Shown in pieces: positions 1 to 10,325 of a stretch of DNA of 64,000 bases. Below the pieces are notes generated by a model. That model saw only the letters and a list, made by a program, of their open reading frames with translations. It did not search any database and was not told the origin of the DNA. How positions within the stretch are numbered: position 1 is the first letter of the stretch; every line of letters begins with the position of its first letter. A program made the position numbers and the translations under genes. Origin of the DNA: an uncultured Poribacteria bacterium (GTDB lineage: Bacteria; Poribacteria; WGA-4E; WGA-3G); assembly GCA_951813565.1 (NCBI GenBank), contig OX638351.1, forward strand, positions 1,312,001 through 1,376,000. The letters run 5' to 3'.

Positions 1-531
1 TTCCGATGGGAACCGGGTGATACTGAATGGTATGACACCGGACAGGAAGAAACTGTTTGGTTGTCTTGGAAAATGATAGAAAGAGAGCTCAAACTTGCTG
101 TTTCAGGGGACACCGTCTACGTCGGAAAACGAGATGGACACCTCGTCGTATCGTTTGATCGGGGAACTAATTGGATTGATCTTACGCCAGCGCTGCCGTT
201 TCCATTTAAAACTTTCAAAGAGATCGTATTTGCGGGTTCTACTGTATATGTAGCAACGGACGCAGGTATTCTTACATCAGATGATGGAAGGCATTGGCGT
301 ACCGTCACTGATGCTGAGGGGACAAATCTCATCATGGAACACTTGGCTGTTGATGAAAATACGCTTTATGGTGTTACCAAAGACACAGGTATCTATCGCT
401 TGGAAAGCGGCACTTGGGAACAGGTTGTTTCAGAAATTCCTGATAGCGTAACGTCTCTTGCTGTTGATGGAGACACGTTATACGTAGGCACAGAAGACAA
501 CGGTATGCTTCATTTTAATCTTGAAAAATAA
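1..531 (+). CDS. C-terminal part of a beta-propeller (BNR/YVTN-like repeat) protein, 5'-truncated by the window
   Basis: Frame open from base 1 (FRWEPGDTEW...); repeated SxDxGxxW and LAVDGDTLYVG blades; TAA at 529-531. Confidence 0.75.
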   Translation, partial: FRWEPGDTEWYDTGQEETVWLSWKMIERELKLAVSGDTVYVGKRDGHLVVSFDRGTNWIDLTPALPFPFKTFKEIVFAGSTVYVATDAGILTSDDGRHWRTVTDAEGTNLIMEHLAVDENTLYGVTKDTGIYRLESGTWEQVVSEIPDSVTSLAVDGDTLYVGTEDNGMLHFNLEK

Positions 532-532
532 T

Positions 533-1027
533 CAATACCTTCGCCAATTATCCAGGGTTTAGTTCAGGTTATGTGTGATGAATAGCACCGATAGAAGTTA
601 TCTTTTTAGAGATTTGCTGAATAACAATCGGTTCAGGTTTTGCGGAAGTATTTTTAATGTTTCCTGTAATATTTCAATCCTCGGTATCGTGCCTTTAGGT
701 CTAAACACTAAACTCAGCGTGTTCGCAACGCAATGGTGCTGCAAGTTTCGAACTTACATTCACCATAAAAATGGATAAGTTTGCTGCAGTGTTGACAGGT
801 GTTTTGTTGACATTCATAAAATCTTCTAATCCGCAATACTGTTTCGCATCACGAAAGTTGAACTCAAGTTGGAAACGGAGTGCGTAATAATCTATCATTT
901 TATCAGCGTCTAATGTCAAGTCAGAACTGAATAATAAGATGTGCGATTGCTGTTTCGTCTTCAGATGTGTCTTGCGTATGCAAACCACATTGAGTAGGTC
1001 CGCGAACTTTTTTTGGCGAAGGTATTG
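533..1027 (-). mobile_element. Internally deleted, non-autonomous IS (DDE, IS4/IS701-like) with intact terminal inverted repeats
   Basis: TIR CAATACCTTCGCCAA at 533-547 and its reverse complement at 1013-1027. Interior encodes only a transposase C-terminus (YALRFQLEFNFRDAKQYCGLEDF) with single-base frameshifts. Confidence 0.85.
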
Positions 1028-1161
1028 ACGTTATTGTTAAGTTTTTTAAATGGCTCAATGTAAAATTTAGGTGAAATTATTTTTTTAATGTGGTAATATA
1101 TTCTACAACATAATTGTGCATCCTTTCAGTGCACAAATAACATTAAAACTTGGAGGCACAT

Positions 1162-1362
1162 ATGTTTGGTCATTGGGAGATAATAGCTATAGTCTTAGTT
1201 GCTTTACTTTTATTCGGTGGCAAGCGTATCCCCGAATTAGCACGCGGACTTGGTAAAAGTGTTACAAATTTTAAGGCTGGACTCAAAGAAGATCAGGTGG
1301 ATGAAACCGAAACGACTGCACAACAGGAAAAAGAAACACCACAGAAAGAAGAAGTTAGCTAA
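1162..1362 (+). CDS. tatA: Twin-arginine translocase TatA/TatE subunit
   Basis: LLFGGKRIPELARGLGKSVTNFK motif; GGAGG RBS upstream of ATG 1162. Confidence 0.92.
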   Translation: MFGHWEIIAIVLVALLLFGGKRIPELARGLGKSVTNFKAGLKEDQVDETETTAQQEKETPQKEEVS

Positions 1363-1376
1363 ATTTTTTACCAACA

Positions 1377-1706
1377 ATGAAAGATAAATTACCTGACTTT
1401 TTGCAGGGCGTCATAGATGAGTACCCTGAAGTTTGGAAAGCGTATCAGGCATTAGGTGAAACGTGCGGCACCGCCGGACCGATTGAACCTAAAACCGTCC
1501 GGCTTGTTAAGCTTGCGTTGGCTATCGGTGCGAAGTCTGAAGGTGCAGTACATTCGCATACGCGCCGCGCACTCCGCGAAGGCATCACACGGGAGGAGAT
1601 CCAACAGGTAGCGCTACTTGCGGTCACTTCTATCGGTTGGTCCTCAAGTATGGCAGCCTTATCTTGGATTCAAGATGTCTTGGATAAACAGACACAATCA
1701 GATTGA
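1377..1706 (+). CDS. Carboxymuconolactone decarboxylase (CMD/AhpD-like) family protein
   Basis: LVKLALAIG...GAVHSHTRRALREGITREEI motif. Confidence 0.85.
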   Translation: MKDKLPDFLQGVIDEYPEVWKAYQALGETCGTAGPIEPKTVRLVKLALAIGAKSEGAVHSHTRRALREGITREEIQQVALLAVTSIGWSSSMAALSWIQDVLDKQTQSD

Positions 1707-1716
1707 GAGTATTAGC

Positions 1717-2979
1717 ATGGAAGCAGTTTATAAACAACGAAATTCCATGTTTGCCTACGGAGTTTTAATCCTCACTACTGTTTTGTTGCTCATTCCGTCT
1801 GTTAGTAAAACTGAAACATCAGTATCGGAAATGCAACAAGGTGTGGAATACGTCAAACTCCGACTCTACCCACAGGCAGTTGATGCCTTCAATTCAATCT
1901 TATCACGAAATCCAACAGAAATAAGTGCGCTTTTTCAATTGGCGAATGTCTATAAGTTACAAGATGAGTTGGAATTAGCAATAAAGACGTTCGACCAGAT
2001 TATTATAATTGCTGACTCGCAAAATATACCTATAAATGATCGGGTATACGGGGTTACCCATCTTGCGCTCTCGGAAATATACTGCAAACAGAGTAAATTA
2101 GATATTGCTGAGCAGCAAGCAATGGAAGCAGTTCAAAGATGTCCTACAGATGCAGATATGTATTACCGACTCGGTTATATCTACACACATCAAGCGAAAT
2201 TTGACAAGGCACTGACAGCCTTTAAGCGGACACTCGAACTTAAACCTGATTTTGCTGAAGTCTATGAATGGCTCGGTTTGATTGCTCTTATGCAGCACAA
2301 ACCGCAGGAAGCGGTAAAACACTATAAGATAGCAATTCAGAAGAAGCCTTATGTTCAGAGCGCCTACTATAACCTTGCTAAGGCCTACCGACTCGTTGGC
2401 GATATGGAATCAGCAGCGGAACAACTAAAACTCTTCCAGCAGATGAAAACCTACTACGACAAGACTTATGCAATTGAAGGCACTTTGGCAGAAGACCCAT
2501 CAAACGCGGCACTTCGACTGAAATTAGCGGAAATTCATGTCGCGCACAAGCATATATCAGCAGCAGTCGCTACTTACCAAGCACTAATTCGGTTGAATCC
2601 AGAATTTATAGCAGGATATGACAAGTTGGGACGGTTGTATATGAATCTTAACATGTCACAGCGAGCGATACCGCTTTTCCATAAGGTACTTGAATTGAAT
2701 CCTAATGCTGTTGAAGCACATGTTCGATTGGGATGGCTTTATACTGTCCAAAAAGCATTTGGCAAGGCAGAAGCACATCTACAAAAGGCTATAGAAAAAA
2801 TGCCGAAACTTACGCTGGCATATCACGGATTGGCTGAGGTTTATATACAACAAGGACACATCGAAAAAGCAATTAACATTTACCAACACATTACACAAAT
2901 TGAACCTGATGATAAGGACGCTTGGTCGGCATTGAACAAATTAGAACGTCTGAAAAAGGAGGGACAAACGAAGCGGTAA
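1717..2979 (+). CDS. Secreted or membrane-anchored TPR repeat protein
   Basis: N-terminal hydrophobic segment followed by about 10 TPR repeats; start uncertain (1717 or 1747). Confidence 0.85.
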   Translation: MEAVYKQRNSMFAYGVLILTTVLLLIPSVSKTETSVSEMQQGVEYVKLRLYPQAVDAFNSILSRNPTEISALFQLANVYKLQDELELAIKTFDQIIIIADSQNIPINDRVYGVTHLALSEIYCKQSKLDIAEQQAMEAVQRCPTDADMYYRLGYIYTHQAKFDKALTAFKRTLELKPDFAEVYEWLGLIALMQHKPQEAVKHYKIAIQKKPYVQSAYYNLAKAYRLVGDMESAAEQLKLFQQMKTYYDKTYAIEGTLAEDPSNAALRLKLAEIHVAHKHISAAVATYQALIRLNPEFIAGYDKLGRLYMNLNMSQRAIPLFHKVLELNPNAVEAHVRLGWLYTVQKAFGKAEAHLQKAIEKMPKLTLAYHGLAEVYIQQGHIEKAINIYQHITQIEPDDKDAWSALNKLERLKKEGQTKR

Positions 2980-3005
2980 ATTTCTATAAGTTATCAGTTA
3001 TTTTT

Positions 3006-4706
3006 ATGTTAAAGATTAACTATTTTCGCACTCCGTATTTCTATCTCCTATTCGTATCAGCACTCATCACGAATCTCGTATGTTCTCAATACTGCGTACC
3101 CGCTTCAGCAGAATCTATTTTTGTTGACGTTACCGAGTTTGCGGGCATCACGTTTGAGCATACCGATGGTAGAAGCGGTAAAAGGCTTTTCAATGAATTT
3201 CTCGGTTCCGGCGGCGGTTTTTTTGATTATGATGGTGATGGGGACCTTGACATCTATCTCGTCAACGGTGCGATTCAAACAGAGAATACACAAGGTAAAG
3301 CACCACATAACAAACTCTACCGCAACAACGGTGATGGAACATTTACAGACGTTACAAAAAAAGCAGGTGTGGGCAGTAGGGCTTACGGTACAGGTGCTAC
3401 CGTTGGTGACTATGATAATGATGGGGACCTTGATCTTTACGTTACCAACTTTGGCAAAGATCAACTTTATCAAAATAACGGTGATGGAACATTTACAGAC
3501 GTTACAAAACAAGCTCAGGTTGGTAACCTAAACTGGGGAACGAGTAGTGCTTTTGCCGATTTTGATAATGACGGATACTTAGACCTTTATGTAGCGAACT
3601 ACGCCGCATATAATCCGAAGGATGATAAACAGTGTAAGGAACGTGGTGTCCATGTTTATTGTGGCCCTCATGCCTATCCTGCAGTTCACGATACTTTTTA
3701 CAAAAACAGTGGCGATGGCACTTTTACTGATGTTTCTACCGCATATCGCCCCTCTGACCTGATTCCTCAGCACGGATTAGGTGTGGCATTCGGTGATTAC
3801 GACGGTGACGGAGACGCTGATTTATATGTGGCGAACGATCAAGACCCAAACTTTTTATTTCAAAACGATGGAAAAGGACATTTTTTAGAACTTGCATTAA
3901 TTTCTGGCGTTTGCTACAATGATATGGGTAAAGAAGAAGCTGGAATGGGAACCGATTTCGGTGACTATGATAACGATGGAAAACTTGACCTGACTGTCAG
4001 CAACTATCAGACAGAGACAAATACCCTTTATCATAACCACGATAGCAATTTTTTTATTGATAGTACTATCGCGTCAGGAATAGCCGAAGTAACACACGGT
4101 TACCTTGGATGGGGTATAAAGTTTTTTGATTATGATAACGACGGGTACCAAGACATCTTTGTAGCGAATGGGCACTTGATGGATAACATCTCTGTGCTTG
4201 AAAAGCACGTGACCTATCCACAAAGGAATTTGTTGTTTAGGAATTTGGGTGATGGTACGTTCGCCAATGTCATGCCACAGACAGATGGTTTAGCCTTGAA
4301 AAAGGTCAGTCGTGGTGCCGCTATTGGCGATTACGACAATGATGGTGACCTTGATATTCTTGTTACCAACTGCAATCAACGTCCAGACTTACTTCAAAAT
4401 GTGGTTGGCAATAGGAACAATTGGATACAAATTCAGGTTGTCGGGCAGAAAAGTAACCGTTCTGGGATTGGCGCAAAAATAAAGGTAATAACCGGAACAC
4501 ACGTTCAGTATCGCGAGGTGCAGAGCGGTGGGAGTTATCTTTCTTTCCACGATCTGCGTGTGCATTTTGGCGTTGGAAAAGCGGAACAGATTGATACGCT
4601 TGAGGTGCAATGGCCTACTGGTCAAATTGACAAAGGCACACTTCTTTCTGTTAACCAGAGATATTTAGTTGTTGAAGGAGAAAAAATCGTTCCAATCGTT
4701 GACTGA
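3006..4706 (+). CDS. CRTAC1-family protein (FG-GAP/VCBS repeats plus ASPIC/UnbV domain)
   Basis: Repeated DYDNDGDLD motifs; C-terminal GGSYLS...HFGVG...WPTG; start uncertain. Confidence 0.9.
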   Translation: MLKINYFRTPYFYLLFVSALITNLVCSQYCVPASAESIFVDVTEFAGITFEHTDGRSGKRLFNEFLGSGGGFFDYDGDGDLDIYLVNGAIQTENTQGKAPHNKLYRNNGDGTFTDVTKKAGVGSRAYGTGATVGDYDNDGDLDLYVTNFGKDQLYQNNGDGTFTDVTKQAQVGNLNWGTSSAFADFDNDGYLDLYVANYAAYNPKDDKQCKERGVHVYCGPHAYPAVHDTFYKNSGDGTFTDVSTAYRPSDLIPQHGLGVAFGDYDGDGDADLYVANDQDPNFLFQNDGKGHFLELALISGVCYNDMGKEEAGMGTDFGDYDNDGKLDLTVSNYQTETNTLYHNHDSNFFIDSTIASGIAEVTHGYLGWGIKFFDYDNDGYQDIFVANGHLMDNISVLEKHVTYPQRNLLFRNLGDGTFANVMPQTDGLALKKVSRGAAIGDYDNDGDLDILVTNCNQRPDLLQNVVGNRNNWIQIQVVGQKSNRSGIGAKIKVITGTHVQYREVQSGGSYLSFHDLRVHFGVGKAEQIDTLEVQWPTGQIDKGTLLSVNQRYLVVEGEKIVPIVD

Positions 4707-4734
4707 TTTTAATTTTCTATAGGCACTGTTATTC

Positions 4735-5526
4735 ATGAAAATAAAACCTTTATTTGTAATACTCATCTCTATAGTATTTGTAGTATCTTTCGCACATGCA
4801 GCAAATGAACCGGAGGATTCGCTCATCCTTTACATGTCTTTTGATACGATTGATGGCAAAGGCACAATTGACCATTCAAAGTATGAGAACCATGGCGAAA
4901 TGATGGGTAATCCTAAACATGTTGCGGGCAAATTCGGAAAAGCTCTTAAGTTTGACGGCGTATCCGAATTTGTTGAAATCCCACACCATGAATCACTTAC
5001 CGTGGATCAGGATGTCACAGTCATGGCTTGGATTAATACCGAGAGACATACAGGACCTGATGACGCGCAATGGCAAGGTATCTTGGCAAAAGGGAACAAC
5101 CCACGTTCCTATAGTCTCTGGACTGAGAAAAATAGTAAATGTTTGCACTTCAGTGTAGGCCCACCACAAGGTGGTGGTAGTGTTTGCAAGGGTGAAGTCA
5201 AGTTAAACGAATGGCAACATGTTGTGGCACAAGTGAATAATGGAACCCACCGTTATTGGATTAACGGTCAGAAAGTTGGAGAAATCGTAAACAAACCGAA
5301 CCCTCCCGGTTTAGAAGATATATCACCTGTTGTTATCGGAACTGCGGGAGGAGGAAATATTAGATATTTCCTCGGTATGATTGACGAAGTTCGTATCTGG
5401 AACCGTGCCCTTTCTGAAGAAGAGATTAATAAACAGATGGAAAAAGGGCATTTTGAGATTTTCGCTGTTGACCCGAAACTAAAATTAGCTACCATTTGGG
5501 GCAATTTGAAGGCACAACAGCGATAA
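4735..5526 (+). CDS. Secreted LamG/ConA-like domain protein (paralog 1)
   Basis: Signal peptide; GKFGKAL, WQHVV, IDEVRIWNRALS motifs; C-terminal VDPKLKLATIWGNLK. Confidence 0.9.
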   Translation: MKIKPLFVILISIVFVVSFAHAANEPEDSLILYMSFDTIDGKGTIDHSKYENHGEMMGNPKHVAGKFGKALKFDGVSEFVEIPHHESLTVDQDVTVMAWINTERHTGPDDAQWQGILAKGNNPRSYSLWTEKNSKCLHFSVGPPQGGGSVCKGEVKLNEWQHVVAQVNNGTHRYWINGQKVGEIVNKPNPPGLEDISPVVIGTAGGGNIRYFLGMIDEVRIWNRALSEEEINKQMEKGHFEIFAVDPKLKLATIWGNLKAQQR

Positions 5527-5623
5527 AATGGACGGTCATTTTGATTCGTCCGCGAAGGGTTTCTGCTGTATATCCAAGAAAGACTTGCGGAGACTCTCTA
5601 ATTTATATAAATAAGGAGGAAAA

Positions 5624-6400
5624 ATGAAAACTCTATTTGTAATGTTAACAATTATAACGTTTGTGGCTTCTTTTGCCCACGCGTTGAGTGAACCAGAGGA
5701 ATCGCTTATCCTTTACATGTCTTTTGATACGATTGATGGTAAAAACACAATTGATCATTCAAAGTATGAAAACCATGGTGAAATGATGGGTAATCCAAAA
5801 CATGTTGAGGGTAAATTCGGTAAAGCGCTCGAACTGAACGGTTCAAGTGACTGGGTTGTTGTGCCACATGATGATATTCTCACCGTTGATGAGGATTTTA
5901 CCGTTATGGCTTGGATTAATACTGAGAGACATATGGGACCTAATGCCCAACGTTGGCAAGGAATTGTTGCAAAGGGCAATGCCCCTCGTTCTTATAGTTT
6001 CTATACTGAATCCCCGAGTGAATGTATGCACCTCAGTGTTAACGGTGGCGGAAGCGTTTGTCAAGAAGGGAAAGTCGCGTTAAATGAGTGGCAGCATGTT
6101 GTTGCGCAGTCGGATAATGGAACACACCGGTATTGGATTAACGGCAAAAACGTTGGTGAATACGGAGGAAAACCGAAGCCTCCCGGCAAAGCTGATACCG
6201 CAAATGTCCTTATCGGGAGAACACATGAAGGAAATCGCGAGCTCCTCGGTCTGATTGACGAGGTCCGCATCTGGAACCGTGCGCTTACAGAAGAAGAAGT
6301 TATTGAACAGATGGAGAAAGGACATTTTGAGCTTTTTCCTGTTGATCCACGTCAAAAATTGACAACGACGTGGGGAACTATTAAAACTCAAAAACGATAA
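5624..6400 (+). CDS. Secreted LamG/ConA-like domain protein (paralog 2)
   Basis: AGGAGG RBS; same LamG motifs; C-terminal VDPRQKLTTTWGTIK. Confidence 0.9.
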   Translation: MKTLFVMLTIITFVASFAHALSEPEESLILYMSFDTIDGKNTIDHSKYENHGEMMGNPKHVEGKFGKALELNGSSDWVVVPHDDILTVDEDFTVMAWINTERHMGPNAQRWQGIVAKGNAPRSYSFYTESPSECMHLSVNGGGSVCQEGKVALNEWQHVVAQSDNGTHRYWINGKNVGEYGGKPKPPGKADTANVLIGRTHEGNRELLGLIDEVRIWNRALTEEEVIEQMEKGHFELFPVDPRQKLTTTWGTIKTQKR

Positions 6401-6494
6401 ATTCAATTAATAGTGATACGGTTTGTTCCTGTCACTGTAATCTTAATGATATGACTTCGGGATTTCCGAAGTAAAATTTGGAGGAAAATAATTA

Positions 6495-7265
6495 ATGAGA
6501 AGTTTCTTTGTTGTATTAATTCTTACCGTGTTTGTTGCATTTTACGCTAACGCCGCAGATGAATCAGATGATTCACTTATCCTCTATTTCTCTTTTGATG
6601 AGCTTGATGGGGACATGACAATTGACCATTCAAAATATGCTAATAATGGTTCTATAACGGGTGCCCCTCAATTGGTAGATGGTAAGTTCGGAAAGGCGCT
6701 TAAATTTAATGGCACAAGTGATTGGATTGAAGTACCACACGACCCGATTCTTACCGTTGAAACGAGTGTAACCGTAATGGCATGGATTAATGCAGAAAGA
6801 CACATGGGACCGAATGAACAGCGTTGGCAAGGTATCCTTTCAAAGGGTAATAGTCCGCGTTCTTACAGTTTCTACACAGAATCACCGAGTGAATGCTTAC
6901 ATTTGAGTGCTGGCAATAGCGGAAGCGTTTGCGAAGGAAAGATTGCACTCAATGAGTGGCAGCATGTTGTTGGGCAGGTAGATGATGGCACACACCGTTA
7001 TTGGCTAAACGGCGAAATGGTCGGTGAATTTGGTGATAAAAATGCTCTGCCTGGCGCTGCTGATACTTCAAGTGTTTTCGTTGGAAGAACACCGGAAGGG
7101 AACCGCGAGTTCCTCGGTCTGATTGATGAGGTGCGTATCTGGAATCGCGCTCTCAGTGAAGAAGAAGTTATCGCTGAGATGGAATCCGGATATCAATCGA
7201 GTACTGCTGTTGATCCACGTGCAAAATTAACTACAACGTGGGGGACCATAAAATCCCATAAATAA
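6495..7265 (+). CDS. Secreted LamG/ConA-like domain protein (paralog 3)
   Basis: GGAGG RBS; same LamG motifs; C-terminal VDPRAKLTTTWGTIK. Confidence 0.9.
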   Translation: MRSFFVVLILTVFVAFYANAADESDDSLILYFSFDELDGDMTIDHSKYANNGSITGAPQLVDGKFGKALKFNGTSDWIEVPHDPILTVETSVTVMAWINAERHMGPNEQRWQGILSKGNSPRSYSFYTESPSECLHLSAGNSGSVCEGKIALNEWQHVVGQVDDGTHRYWLNGEMVGEFGDKNALPGAADTSSVFVGRTPEGNREFLGLIDEVRIWNRALSEEEVIAEMESGYQSSTAVDPRAKLTTTWGTIKSHK

Positions 7266-7296
7266 AGGATTGACAGTCATTATTCAAGTATTTCTT

Positions 7297-7621
7297 GTAG
7301 GTGAGCTTAATGCGCTCACCATAACTGTCAATTTAAGGTATTGAATCCGTTTTTAACGTTTGTTATAGCCTCGTAGAGGCGGTATGTTTATAGAAAAGGC
7401 GTTGTCCTGTGTTCTTGAGCCTCGTAGAGGCGGTATGTGTATAACTTATATGTCGCTCCTACGGAGCTCGAGAAGTGTCAATACCGGTTGCTATAAACAT
7501 ATCGCCCCGCTGGGGCTAAATGTAGGACAATCTCAATCATAATGTGTATTGAGAAAGGTTCATAAAAACATAGATGTTGTCTTAAATTGACGCCTATGGT
7601 GAGTTAAACACGCTCACCTAC
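7297..7621. repeat. Nested repeat: GTAG-REP doublet > TIR-MITE (7320-7598) > four-hairpin IS200-related element (7366-7518)
   Basis: GTAGGTGAGC..GCTCACC and GGTGAG..GCTCACCTAC outer arms; CATAACTGTCAATTTAAG / CTTAAATTGACGCCTATG inverted ends; hairpins GCCTCGTAGAGGC (x2), GCTCCTACGGAGC, GCCCCGCTGGGGC. Confidence 0.8.
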
Positions 7622-7693
7622 ATCCTCTGAAAAGAAACAAGAATTGAGATTGAAAGACGACTCTCTTAGTAAATAAAGGAGAATATATATAAC

Positions 7694-8095
7694 GTGAACG
7701 GAAAATTTATAGCGTCTCAAGAAGTTGAAAGAGATCATTTAGATTGGGGAATGATCGGCTGGCTTAGCCGCCCAGCAACAACAGGCGCAAAAGATATTGT
7801 TGCAATGGAAGTTAGCCTCTCACCTGGATACGGACATGATTTTCATAAACATTCCGACCAGGAAGAGGTTATCTACGTTATAGAAGGTAGCGTAGAGCAA
7901 TGGCTTGAAGATAAGAAGCAAACGCTAAATGCTGGTGATTCTGTGTTCATTGCAGCGGATATTGTTCACGCATCTTTTAATGTCTCAAATCAGCCTGCGA
8001 AGTTGTTTGTTACGTTGAGTCCAAGCAAAGGGGAAGAAGGATACCAACTCATTGATGTTTTTGATGAAGCGCCGTGGAATACACTCCGCTCATAG
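7694..8095 (+). CDS. Cupin domain protein
   Basis: HDFHKHSDQEEVIYVIEG and AGDSVFI...H cupin motifs; GTG start with AAGGAG RBS. Confidence 0.88.
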   Translation: MNGKFIASQEVERDHLDWGMIGWLSRPATTGAKDIVAMEVSLSPGYGHDFHKHSDQEEVIYVIEGSVEQWLEDKKQTLNAGDSVFIAADIVHASFNVSNQPAKLFVTLSPSKGEEGYQLIDVFDEAPWNTLRS

Positions 8096-8196
8096 TATGT
8101 GTAAGCGACATCGTCCTACGGACAGGTAAGGTTTAGAAACGCTTGGTGTCCTTGCAGTAGCAAAGATTCCTCATTCCGATCAGAAGGAACAACATC

Positions 8197-8610
8197 ATGA
8201 AACATACAACCCAAATAACACTTGCGAATCGTACAGATCAGTTTCTTGCAGAAGCTGGCTACATCAAACCTGAATCGGTTCGACAAGTAACTATTGAAGA
8301 TGCCGTTGTTGATACAGGCGCAACTCGATTGGCATTACCGAAACCGATCATTGAACAACTCGGCTTGACACCCGTTAGCAGTACGCCTGTTAGAACTACA
8401 AATGGCATCGTAAACCGGACTGTTTATTCGGAAGTTCGATTTACGGTCCTGGAGCGAGAGGGAACGCTTGATGTAACGGAACTACCAGCGGATTTGCCGG
8501 TTCTTGTGGGACACGTAGTTTTGGAACTGCTTGATCTTTGTGTTGACATCAAAAAAGGGTTAATCTATAATCCAGAACACGATGGGGAATGGATTATAGA
8601 CGAACTCTGA
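8197..8610 (+). CDS. Clan AA (retropepsin-like) aspartyl protease
   Basis: VVDTGAT catalytic motif; VLVG..LELLDL. Confidence 0.85.
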   Translation: MKHTTQITLANRTDQFLAEAGYIKPESVRQVTIEDAVVDTGATRLALPKPIIEQLGLTPVSSTPVRTTNGIVNRTVYSEVRFTVLEREGTLDVTELPADLPVLVGHVVLELLDLCVDIKKGLIYNPEHDGEWIIDEL

Positions 8611-8664
8611 CAATCCAATTATTTTTTACTGGACTGCAAATAAACGTATATAGTATCTCTTAAT

Positions 8665-9495
8665 ATGATGGAAACGCCTATACCTGAAACACCATTGCAA
8701 CTCCGTCAGCGAATGCGTGAGTTCTACGAAACGTCGGAAACCTATAAAGACCTCTTAGCTGCACATGATGAAGTCTACCTCCGACATTATGTAGAATTGG
8801 TCACCCGTTATGCACCGTCGGGTTCTAAGATTTTGGATCTCGGTTGTGGGAACGGTATTTCCGCTCGGCTGCTCAATCAGGCAGACTATGATGTCGTTGG
8901 AACAGACATTTCACCGCTGTTTCTTAAGGAAGCGCGGAACTGGGAAAACCCGAAACTACGCTATCAGGTGTGTGACGTTTTGGAACTACCGTTTGATAAT
9001 GAGTCTTTTGATGTTATCTGTTCAAACGAGTTAATAGAACATCTACCTGATGTGGAGACAGCATTGAAGGAGATGGGACGGGTTGTCCGCAAAGGTGGCA
9101 AGATTGTCCTTTCCGGACCAAACTTATGTTCGCCCTTAACACCTTTTCTTGATTGGATCAATCTGGTGTGTGGTAAACCCGGCAGGCCTGTTTGGGGAGA
9201 AACAAAACGGCAAGCATTGCAACAGTTTAAGCGGAACTGCGGACTTTACATAAAAAAGCGTTTTGTGACAAAAACACCGCACTTTATTTATCGTGACCCA
9301 GATTTGCAAGCAGATGCTATCGGCGGTGATGCCGACAGCGCGTATTACGCGAACCCGATTGATCTTGCACAATTTTTCAAACTGAACGGGTTCAGTATCG
9401 TCAAAAAAGCCGTTGGCTTTGGCATAAAAGGGAAATTTATTGCAAATATGTTTCCATATATCAGTCCCTATATCACTATGGTTGTCCAAAAATGA
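8665..9495 (+). CDS. Class I SAM-dependent methyltransferase
   Basis: ILDLGCGNG; LPFDNESFD; EH..D; 4-nt overlap with the next gene. Confidence 0.9.
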   Translation: MMETPIPETPLQLRQRMREFYETSETYKDLLAAHDEVYLRHYVELVTRYAPSGSKILDLGCGNGISARLLNQADYDVVGTDISPLFLKEARNWENPKLRYQVCDVLELPFDNESFDVICSNELIEHLPDVETALKEMGRVVRKGGKIVLSGPNLCSPLTPFLDWINLVCGKPGRPVWGETKRQALQQFKRNCGLYIKKRFVTKTPHFIYRDPDLQADAIGGDADSAYYANPIDLAQFFKLNGFSIVKKAVGFGIKGKFIANMFPYISPYITMVVQK

Positions 9496-10325
9496 ACATT
9501 CGTGCAGACGATTTTGTTTTAGAGATCGGAAGTGGACACAACCCCAAAACACGATCAGATGTTTTATGCGATAAATTCATAGATGATGACGAACAACGCG
9601 GCGGGACGGTTGTCGCGGACCGGCCGATGGTGGAAGCAGACGGGCAGTTTCTCCCTTTTGCAGACAAGACGTTTGACTACGTTATCTGTGCACATGTTTT
9701 GGAACATGTTGAGGATCCAGATTTACTCATTTCCGAGTTGATGCGTGTAGCACCTCGCGGTTATATTGAAACACCTTCTGAGATTGGAGAACGGATATAC
9801 GGATGGCATTATCACAATTGGGTTATTAATCTGATTGATGGTAGATTGGTGCTACAAAAGAACGATAGGAAATCCGAATTTGGTCAGCTTTTCCACACGT
9901 TGGCTGCAAAAGATAAGTACTGGAGGAAGTTTCATATTACGCATCATAACCTCTTTCTTGTTCAGTATGAATGGGAAGGTAAGATTGATTACGAGATATT
10001 GGATCAACAAGAATCGCCGTTGGATTTACAATCTCCACAGGCTGTTGAAAAACTTCTGACATCTACGTTTTCAAAGCAAACTGACAAAGATTTTTGGCTG
10101 ATGCTTAAAAGTGCTGTCCCGCGGACCATTGTATCTCGTGTAAAATCATCTTTAGCAAAAAGTAGAAACCGCCAAACGAAAACACTAAAAGAAATCCTTG
10201 CCTGTCCACAGTGTAAAGGTGAGATTACATCGGGAGAACAAAATCTCTACTGTAAATTTTGCAAGCAATCTTATCCGATTATTGATGGAATTCCGAGATT
10301 AACCGTAACACCATTCGCAGAATAA
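9492..10325 (+). CDS. Methyltransferase-like protein with C-terminal Trm112-like zinc-ribbon domain
   Basis: VLEIGSG, LPFADKTFD, HVLEH; C-terminal ILACPQCKG...CKFC..YPIIDGIPRL. Confidence 0.82.
   Translation: MNIRADDFVLEIGSGHNPKTRSDVLCDKFIDDDEQRGGTVVADRPMVEADGQFLPFADKTFDYVICAHVLEHVEDPDLLISELMRVAPRGYIETPSEIGERIYGWHYHNWVINLIDGRLVLQKNDRKSEFGQLFHTLAAKDKYWRKFHITHHNLFLVQYEWEGKIDYEILDQQESPLDLQSPQAVEKLLTSTFSKQTDKDFWLMLKSAVPRTIVSRVKSSLAKSRNRQTKTLKEILACPQCKGEITSGEQNLYCKFCKQSYPIIDGIPRLTVTPFAE

Noticed and set aside
3310..3520. Direct nucleotide repeat AACGGTGATGGAACATTTACAGACGTTACAAAA
   Set aside because: Reflects FG-GAP protein repeats within the CRTAC1-like gene.
4735..7265. Diversity-generating retroelement or integron cassette array
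   Set aside because: No reverse transcriptase or integrase, differences are not adenine-specific, and there are no attC-like RYYYAAC/GTTRRRY sites between the genes.
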